From positions 1 through 64,000 of IMG/VR virus record IMGVR_UViG_3300030406_003049: a stretch of DNA of 64,000 bases, one strand, 5' to 3'. Positions 56,952 to 63,644 of the stretch are shown here, piece after piece (position 1 is the stretch's first letter; every line of letters begins with the position of its first letter). The notes under the pieces were generated by a model. That model saw only the letters and a list, made by a program, of their open reading frames with translations. It ran no database searches and was not told where the DNA came from. The stretch is from a virus. A program made the position numbers and the translations under genes.

Positions 56952-57357
56952 CGACAAATTTTCCGACACGATAACGACACCCCTAAACGGGCAACTGCGC
57001 CTTAAACGACATTTGCGACATTTGCGACACCCCCCTAGAATATATTGGGGAGAATAACTATGAAGATTCTTAATAATAAATTAGAGGGGGAGAGGGGTTA
57101 AGATAGAAGGGGTGTCGTTATTGTCGTATTGTCGGTAATAATATATTATTATTAATAATATTAATAATAAATTAATTACTATCAAGAATCTTACTAGTAA
57201 ATATGCGACACTTTTACCGACACCCCCTGCCTCTATCCTGTCGCCTATCCGATTCTTCTATATTATATACTATACAATATGAATATTTCAATAAATATAG
57301 GTAATACATTATACATTCAATTGAAAGTGATACTATCAAAGTGTCGTATATCTGTCG
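56952..57357. repeat. CGACA/TGTCG iteron cluster around an AT-rich core (candidate origin)
   Basis: 8 CGACA and 6 TGTCG copies in about 400 nt of non-coding DNA; near-pure A/T tract at 57136-57181. Confidence 0.6.
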
Positions 57358-57451
57358 CTAACATGTCATACACAATTGAGAGCCTATGGATATAAATAGA
57401 CTTGGTTTACTTTGGAAACCCACAGACAAAATAAAATTTTTGAAAATGAGA

Positions 57452-57481
57452 GGCGGATTTGAGTTTTATTTCAAATCCGCC
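57452..57481. terminator. 11-bp hairpin at the end of the cassette array
   Basis: GGCGGATTTGA/TCAAATCCGCC. Confidence 0.55.
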
Positions 57482-57637
57482 CCTCTAGCAATATTCAACA
57501 GAACTATTGTTGAATTTAATCGTGCTTATCGTAGGTGTTCTTGTAGAAGTCGTCTGTTGTTCTACAGTGATAACATTCACTTACCTTATCACTTATTCGC
57601 TTACTACAAGTGTTGCATCTATTTTGCTTCCTAAACT

Positions 57638-58387
57638 TCATTGGTTTCTAGCCTCCCTTGTCATTTTTACAATGTCGGGTGTGCATTTGCTTTCATTGAG
57701 AGTAATTGCTTTGAAATTACAATCAATTTCAACATTATCAACATCATATCCGAATTGTTTTGTCTTCAAGACCCTTTCAACTACGCTTTGGACTTTACCA
57801 AGTATTTCAAGTGGGAAAGCCACCATGTATTCTTCAATTGTTTCCTTTCTTTGGACTGTTTCACAACTCCAAAATGTTTTGAAAATCAACTCCATACCAC
57901 CATAGTTATTTTCAAGTTCTATTCTAATTTTAACCCCATTATCCAAAACAATTCTATTATCTCTTTCAATTTCCTTAAAGTTAAATAGACTATTTTCTGT
58001 CGGTGGATAAGTATAGTATTGTGTTTCATCAAAAGCAGGAACTAAATAATCACCTTTTGGTTGAACCCAATCTTTCTTAGTGGTTTCACTTACTATTCTA
58101 TCAGTGCTTACATTTTCAAATTTATTTGACAAACCTTCAACTATTTCATTTGCAGTTGAAATGTATTGAACAGTAAAGATTAGTTCATCATCAATGTATA
58201 TACCATGTCTTGTTGATTTCTTAGTTATGGTATTATAACCGTATTCGGGAACTTCGCCCCAATAGGTTGTCATCATTGTCAAACCTTTCTTTTGTAGTTG
58301 ATGAGCCAACTTTGCTTCTTCTTTTTGATTGAGTCTTTCATCATGCTCATATCGTATTTTCATAGTTCTATTATATTCTATCGCCAT
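57638..58387 (-). CDS. Hypothetical protein (cassette 5)
   Basis: 249-aa ORF with GGAGG RBS and its own promoter. Confidence 0.75.
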   Translation of the reverse strand: MAIEYNRTMKIRYEHDERLNQKEEAKLAHQLQKKGLTMMTTYWGEVPEYGYNTITKKSTRHGIYIDDELIFTVQYISTANEIVEGLSNKFENVSTDRIVSETTKKDWVQPKGDYLVPAFDETQYYTYPPTENSLFNFKEIERDNRIVLDNGVKIRIELENNYGGMELIFKTFWSCETVQRKETIEEYMVAFPLEILGKVQSVVERVLKTKQFGYDVDNVEIDCNFKAITLNESKCTPDIVKMTREARNQ

Positions 58388-58422
58388 AGTTAATAACCTC
58401 CAATGATAATATGTTAGGTTAG

Positions 58423-58510
58423 TATATATCGTGGGTTCTCAAAGTAAACCATATGGTTGTTTCACTATTACTTTTGTTGTCGTAGACTAGTAGAAACAAC
58501 CTTAAAAAAA
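58423..58510 (-). repeat. Cassette junction A: T-tract, bulged hairpin, ACCATATGGT, TATA
   Basis: TATA 58423, palindrome 58448-58457, stem 58455-58463/58493-58501. Confidence 0.85.
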
Positions 58511-58648
58511 GGGCGAAGACACCCGCTAAGATTGTGTTTTTTCCTATCTCATAAGAAGTGCTTTTCCCTGCACTATATGAGTTTCCGTCTTAGCGGGTGC
58601 TTGCGTGAGTTTGGCGCAACAATGGGTTGTTTTGTGGCTCTAACGGGT

Positions 58649-59107
58649 TTATTCGGTAGCCTCCGTTATGGCTACGGGAAGTGAACCGTCCCAAGTTTTA
58701 TTGTTGTAGTGTTGTCGTAGTTTTCCGGCAGTCATGTTAGCCATCATTGTCGCATATTCGTCAGCGTCAGCGAATAGACCGCCACCGGACTTACCATGCT
58801 TGAAGATAACCGAACTAACCGAGCCGTGATTGTAAAAGTTAGTTGATGCTTCTACAATTTCTGCTTTGATAGCGTTGATTGATGCTTGCACATTCTCCGG
58901 TAGAGTAGAGCGTGAAGGTAGTAAGTCGTCAAGGCTCATAGCCTTAACCAATGCTCTAATACTAGCCCAAAATTGGTCTGCTGATTTTTCATCAGTAGCC
59001 TCAAGTCCGGCCTTGATTGTGTTCTCAAGTGCCGCATTCTTGATTTTCTGTGCTTTCATGTTTGCTTGTAATCCTGTCATTCTGCTTAATGTTCTTTCTA
59101 AATCCAT
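58649..59107 (-). CDS. Cassette-family protein, member 2
   Basis: 'QFWASIRAL', 'STLPENVQA', 'YNNKTWDG'. Confidence 0.8.
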   Translation of the reverse strand: MDLERTLSRMTGLQANMKAQKIKNAALENTIKAGLEATDEKSADQFWASIRALVKAMSLDDLLPSRSTLPENVQASINAIKAEIVEASTNFYNHGSVSSVIFKHGKSGGGLFADADEYATMMANMTAGKLRQHYNNKTWDGSLPVAITEATE

Positions 59108-59173
59108 ATTTTTTCATCTCCTGTGTTTTACCACTACTCCAACCCATTGAAGCAATAATAAGTGGGTTCATAG

Positions 59174-59268
59174 TATATATTGGGGTTCAACAAAAGCAAC
59201 ACCATATGGTTGCATCAATAGTTCTTTTTGAATTAAGCATAGCGTTATTAGATGCAACCTTAAAAAAA
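59174..59268 (-). repeat. Cassette junction B
   Basis: TATA 59174, palindrome 59201-59210, stem 59208-59216/59251-59259. Confidence 0.85.
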
Positions 59269-59271
59269 GGG

Positions 59272-59322
59272 AAAAACTCCCCAAATCCTAAGAAATGGGG
59301 AGTTTTTTTGACCGAGTGTGAT
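59272..59322 (-). terminator. Hairpin terminator preceded by ATCACACTCGGT
   Basis: AAAAACTCCC/GGGAGTTTTT stem; same layout at 60779-60828. Confidence 0.6.
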
Positions 59323-59324
59323 GG

Positions 59325-59696
59325 TTAGAAGTAGTCCATGTATGAGGCAATATACTTTGGCTTTCCGTCCCACGCTTCACCGTTTACATACCATTGAAAA
59401 TCCTTTTGATGGATATTAACTCCATTAAATCCGTTCAATCTTTCTTTTGTGGTGTTAGTTGGCCAACCTGCCGAAGTAATCCACAATTTCTTGAAATAAT
59501 ATCTATCACCAAAAGAACTAGGAACTGTATGTTTTGGATATACACATTCGTTGTATGCTATAACATTCCCATGTAATAACAATTCAATTTTTTCTGGTTT
59601 TTCAGTTGGCCCACATACTCTAACTTGAGTATTACCTTTTTTGAATTTCTTTCCCTTTTCAAATGCTCTTAATGCTTCATAAGTTATCTTTCGCAT
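59325..59696 (-). CDS. Conserved phage hypothetical protein (leaderless, cassette 3)
   Basis: 'LHGNVIA...AGWPTNTTKERLNG...QKDFQW'; ATG 21 nt from the TATA box. Confidence 0.75.
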   Translation of the reverse strand: MRKITYEALRAFEKGKKFKKGNTQVRVCGPTEKPEKIELLLHGNVIAYNECVYPKHTVPSSFGDRYYFKKLWITSAGWPTNTTKERLNGFNGVNIHQKDFQWYVNGEAWDGKPKYIASYMDYF

Positions 59697-59716
59697 ATTA
59701 CTATAATGTTAATTAG

Positions 59717-59806
59717 TATATAGTCGGGTTTCTCAAAAAGATACACCATATGGTTGCTTAACTAATCTTTGGTGGCTTTAGCCTAGTAAAAGCAACCTTA
59801 AAAAAA
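59717..59806 (-). repeat. Cassette junction C
   Basis: TATA 59717, palindrome 59745-59754, stem 59752-59760/59789-59797. Confidence 0.85.
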
Positions 59807-60120
59807 TGAGAAACTCCGGCTACTCGTTCAAATCCAGTGAATGCGTGATGCTTACAGAAAATAGACGAGGGAATACGAGTATAACTAGTATTCTCGCAGT
59901 ATCAATCTATATGTATCTCCGACCGACTTACATTTACAACTTGACTTTCGCCTTCGTTTCTCAATGGTGTTATGGCCACTAATAACCATAGGAATAGGAC
60001 TAGGGAGCATAACGATTTTAACTCTTAGTTTTCTATTTTTATTTCAATTTCAAAAATGAGTATCGCTATGCTCCCGTTGAATGGGACTGGCGCAACATGG
60101 GGATATTGCATTAGTTAGGC

Positions 60121-60615
60121 TTATTCGCTATCCTCCTTAACAGGTAGCGTAAGACCAGTGATGTTATCATCGGTCAATTCACCGTTCCAAAGTTTATTCT
60201 TGTATGAGTCAGTTAGAAGTCTTCTAACTCTCTTACCAAAGTAGTCTGCTAGTTCTTGAATATCAGCGAACTTTTGACCCGATGTATTACGCATAGGCAT
60301 AATAGTATCAATCATCAATTCCGGCTCACCAATACCCACAAAAACATTTACTACCCGATTCACTACAGAATCCACAACGGCTTGAACTTGTGTAGGTAAT
60401 GATGGTTGAGTGCCTTTGCGGATAGGGGAGTTTGGGAGTGTTTGACACAAAGACCTAATACTCGCCCAAAATTGCTCATATTGTTTTTCAGTTTGACCTT
60501 CAACTTGTGCTGATGTTATCATGCCTCTTAGAACTATGTCCAAAGAACCAGCATCGTTCACATCTAGCCAAGTTATAATGCTATTTGTTTTTTCTACTAA
60601 TTTACTATATTCCAT
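60121..60615 (-). CDS. Cassette-family protein, member 3
   Basis: 'QFWASIRSL', 'PSLPTQVQA', 'YKNKLWNG'; GGAGATG RBS. Confidence 0.8.
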   Translation of the reverse strand: MEYSKLVEKTNSIITWLDVNDAGSLDIVLRGMITSAQVEGQTEKQYEQFWASIRSLCQTLPNSPIRKGTQPSLPTQVQAVVDSVVNRVVNVFVGIGEPELMIDTIMPMRNTSGQKFADIQELADYFGKRVRRLLTDSYKNKLWNGELTDDNITGLTLPVKEDSE

Positions 60616-60685
60616 ATTTTTCATCTCCTTGATTGTATGCTAACCATACAATATCCCCATGAAGCAATAATAAGTGGGTCTATTC

Positions 60686-60774
60686 TATATGAAACGGGTA
60701 TTTCAAAGTAAACCATATGGTTGTGTCAGTCATTCTTTTTGATTGCTTCGCTACTAGACACAACCCTAAAAAAA
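60686..60774 (-). repeat. Cassette junction D
   Basis: TATA 60686, palindrome 60712-60721, stem 60719-60727/60757-60765. Confidence 0.85.
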
Positions 60775-60778
60775 GGGA

Positions 60779-60828
60779 AAAAACCGACTACCCCTAAAGA
60801 TAGCCGGTTTTTTTTAACCGAGTGTGAT
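60779..60828 (-). terminator. Hairpin terminator preceded by ATCACACTCGGT
   Basis: AAAAACCGACTA/TAGCCGGTTTTT stem; homologous to 59272-59322. Confidence 0.6.
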
Positions 60829-60831
60829 TAT

Positions 60832-61020
60832 TTATCCTAAACATTCATAATCATTCATAATACACGCCCTAAGTTTTTCCCCCTCAAGGTGTGTTAGTCG
60901 CTTTTGGTGTAAATATTGCTCAAACTTTTCAAGAGCATATCTTTCTAATTGTTCACGGCTCATTGATTTGATTAATCTTATTGTATATGGGCTTACATAG
61001 TGTAGTTTCAACATATTCAT
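60832..61020 (-). CDS. Hypothetical protein (cassette 1, gene 2)
   Basis: GAGGAGG RBS; ATGA coupling. Confidence 0.6.
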   Translation of the reverse strand: MNMLKLHYVSPYTIRLIKSMSREQLERYALEKFEQYLHQKRLTHLEGEKLRACIMNDYECLG

Positions 61021-61286
61021 TCCTCCTCATCTGCTTCATTCCAAGCCTCATAAAATCGTCCTAAAAACGCCTCAAAAATATGACCCTGCATTATTTCTCC
61101 AACTTGAAGACCTGTATGTTGGGGTTCAATTTGAATGTTTAACGGTGTTCCTATTACATCGTGATATGTTGTATATATTTCACCGAAATATACAGGGAGT
61201 AAACTCTCTACATATTCATGTATTCCGTCTTCATCATCATATTGCTTTTTGTATTCTTTTACTTCTTCTGCCCAATCTATTGACAT
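61017..61286 (-). CDS. Acidic hypothetical protein (leaderless; cassette 1, gene 1)
   Basis: ATG 61286 is 21 nt from TATA 61307; MSIDWAEEV...EADEEE. Confidence 0.7.
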   Translation of the reverse strand: MSIDWAEEVKEYKKQYDDEDGIHEYVESLLPVYFGEIYTTYHDVIGTPLNIQIEPQHTGLQVGEIMQGHIFEAFLGRFYEAWNEADEEE

Positions 61287-61306
61287 ATTATTATAATATG
61301 AATTGG

Positions 61307-61375
61307 TATATAATCGGGTTATACAAAGCAACACCATATGGTAATACAATCTAGTCTGTTATACAACCATATGGC
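61307..61375 (-). promoter_or_regulatory. Array head: TATA plus two tandem ACCATATGG palindromes
   Basis: Palindromes at 61333-61342 and 61366-61375; no bulged hairpin; at the strand-divergence point. Confidence 0.65.
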
Positions 61376-61521
61376 TTTGTTCCAAAATTTTTTTCTTTGT
61401 TAATTTAGCCTAATTAACCATTAATCGTTAAATTAGGCTCATTAACTACTGATATTAACAAGTTAGGACATAAAACTACAACATTTATTACCTCTATAAT
61501 ATTACGATATGTCAAGGAGGT

Positions 61522-61758
61522 TTGTTCATTAGTGCTGAATTACGAAATAGATTAGATTCCGTAGTTCAAACAATAAGGCAAGTATTACAATATACAAAAG
61601 AGCAAAAAGCGTTTACTGATAAACAAAATAAGGAATTACGCTATGCTCAAGTAGAGTTAAGAAAACTGATTAAGTATATACAGGATATTAAATCAACCAC
61701 TGATAAAGATGAGAGATTTAAGGACTATGGTAATACTAAGCAAACTAAACTATTGTAA
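61522..61758 (+). CDS. Hypothetical protein
   Basis: AAGGAGG RBS; TTG start. Confidence 0.55.
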   Translation: MFISAELRNRLDSVVQTIRQVLQYTKEQKAFTDKQNKELRYAQVELRKLIKYIQDIKSTTDKDERFKDYGNTKQTKLL

Positions 61759-61870
61759 GTTAAAGTTTTATTGTGGAAATACATAATATAAGAAAAAAAA
61801 ATTTTCGCTAGTGCTACAAAAATTCCGCCACATTTTTTGAAAAAGTCGTTTAAAATAAAAGGTGAATAAT

Positions 61871-63100
61871 ATGACATGGGAAAATATACTCAAAGACAAA
61901 CCACTACTAGATATGAGAAGAATAAATAATCTATATTCCCCATATATTGCATATCATGTAGCAGGGTTGATAGAATCCGAACTTTATGGAAAACTTAGAA
62001 CTATTCCGTATAATGAAAAAATAAGCGACGCTTTAGAATATTGCATTAGTTTTGATTATAACGAATTTGCAGAAGAGATATTTAGTGGAAGCAAGGGCGA
62101 CTATGGTATAGCAGATAAAGAAGCCGAAGGGTTGTATAATGATGGTAAAAAATTTGGTGGTAAATTTACTCTTAAAGTAAGATGGGAAAAACCCATGTAT
62201 CAGTTTGAAGGAGTAGAAGAAGTTGGTAAAAAATTAGACGGTGTTGAATTAGATATAGAATATGAAGGTTCATGGGCTAAAAATTATCAAGGTGTAAAAC
62301 TAGGAAAGGGGCAGAATGTTAAAAATTTCAAAATCAATGCTTCTTCAATTAAAAAACAACTAGACGAGGCACTAGAAGGTGCAACCATTAAACACGACGG
62401 AGAAGAATATGGAGTAATGTTAAGATTTTTAGACAAGCCTGACTTTAAAATTAAGGCTCTTCAAGACTTAATTGGGCGAGCATATATGGACTATGGCGGC
62501 ACTATTGGTGACGACCCTGCAAGAAGTTATCCAAATTATAATAAAAGACCAACTAGTAAAACTAAGAAAGAGTCTTGGCGTAGCGTTTTGCGAACTAGTG
62601 CTAACTTTGGCGGTAAGGGTAGAAGGAGCGACAAGAAAGTAGATGCTTATATGAAGGCTCTTGATATTGACAATGACCCCGAATCCATAGCAGATATGCA
62701 ATCCGGTAAAAAACTCATACAAAATGATGTAGAAATTGCCGAAGGAATAAGTGTAGATGATTTCTACAAAATAATGGATAAAGCGAATGTAAGTCAAGAA
62801 AAGTTAGAAGAAGAAGAAGAAGAGGCAGATGCGGAAGGTAGAGATGAACTGATTTTTTACTTGCAGGGTGAAATGTCATCACTTGGTAAATTGGATTTAA
62901 ATATAACTGTTCCTAATCTTGAGGAGCGAAACACAAAGCGTAGCAGATATGGTTATATTGATGGAACTTATACCCCACTTACTTTTAACGAATATATGGA
63001 ATTAGAAAACATAAAGGCTAAACAACATATATTTGAGATTGAAAAAGTAAAAGAAGGTTTTATGAAAATTTTTGAAGAAGTAAAAACATTAGGTGAATAA
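61871..63100 (+). CDS. MTW-motif protein 1
   Basis: Starts MTWENILK; internal SWRSVLR. Confidence 0.8.
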   Translation: MTWENILKDKPLLDMRRINNLYSPYIAYHVAGLIESELYGKLRTIPYNEKISDALEYCISFDYNEFAEEIFSGSKGDYGIADKEAEGLYNDGKKFGGKFTLKVRWEKPMYQFEGVEEVGKKLDGVELDIEYEGSWAKNYQGVKLGKGQNVKNFKINASSIKKQLDEALEGATIKHDGEEYGVMLRFLDKPDFKIKALQDLIGRAYMDYGGTIGDDPARSYPNYNKRPTSKTKKESWRSVLRTSANFGGKGRRSDKKVDAYMKALDIDNDPESIADMQSGKKLIQNDVEIAEGISVDDFYKIMDKANVSQEKLEEEEEEADAEGRDELIFYLQGEMSSLGKLDLNITVPNLEERNTKRSRYGYIDGTYTPLTFNEYMELENIKAKQHIFEIEKVKEGFMKIFEEVKTLGE

Positions 63101-63101
63101 T

Positions 63102-63377
63102 ATGACATGGAAAGATATGTTGAAGAAAGATGATGGAAGAAAGGAATTGAGACGAGAGATACTTCATCATAGAAGGAAGAAAGAAAGCAAGAAGCGTCAA
63201 ATGGATAGGAAGAACCAAGATAGTAAAAAACCAAAAAGAAAAGTGAATTATGCTAATCCAACAAGACTTGAGGATTTTCCTGAACATATAAAGGGAATTA
63301 GCCTACCTAGTAGTTTTGACCCCGATAAAGATAGTGTAGAAGATTATCTTAAAGACCCTAAAAGATTTGAAAGGTGA
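63102..63377 (+). CDS. MTW-motif protein 2 (basic)
   Basis: Starts MTWKDMLK. Confidence 0.75.
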   Translation: MTWKDMLKKDDGRKELRREILHHRRKKESKKRQMDRKNQDSKKPKRKVNYANPTRLEDFPEHIKGISLPSSFDPDKDSVEDYLKDPKRFER

Positions 63378-63382
63378 ATAAT

Positions 63383-63634
63383 ATGACATGGAAAGATGAG
63401 ATAAAGAAAAGAGCATATCGTTATGATGGTGTTTTTTTAGTTAAGTTAAGAGAGGCAATAGATGATTTGGCTTCCGATTTAGAAGATATTGTTAGTGAAA
63501 AAGATATTAAGGAAATGGCTGAAAAATACAAGCAAAATTTTAGCCGTTATGAAATAGTCATTATGGCTTTAGAAGATGAAGCAAGAAAAATACAAGACCA
63601 ATTAACCGAAGATGCTGAAACGGCAAAATACTAA
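63383..63634 (+). CDS. MTW-motif protein 3 (acidic)
   Basis: Starts MTWKDEIK. Confidence 0.75.
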   Translation: MTWKDEIKKRAYRYDGVFLVKLREAIDDLASDLEDIVSEKDIKEMAEKYKQNFSRYEIVIMALEDEARKIQDQLTEDAETAKY

Positions 63635-63644
63635 GGTGAATAAT

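Noticed and set aside
22789-59576. Plus-strand ORFs of the track within the leftward module (for example 42891-43460, 34512-34964, 57507-57905)
   Set aside because: Antisense shadows or overlaps with regulatory repeats; low-complexity S/L/F-rich translations
59845-59854. GTGATGCTTA complementary to 56043-56052
   Set aside because: A 10-nt match is plausible by chance, and it is not colinear with the other match
58612-60665. Canonical tRNA genes or BHB introns
   Set aside because: No D, anticodon or T arms (no TTCRA) and no clear 3-4-3 bulge-helix-bulge; only an acceptor-like closure
58423-60774. CRISPR array or TIGR-like guide array
   Set aside because: Repeats are 500-1000 nt apart, separated by whole genes, and vary in sequence; no cas1/2 or Nop-domain gene recognised
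61287-61349. N-terminal extension of ORF 61017-61349
   Set aside because: It overlaps the conserved promoter and palindrome; ATG 61286 fits the 21-nt leaderless spacing
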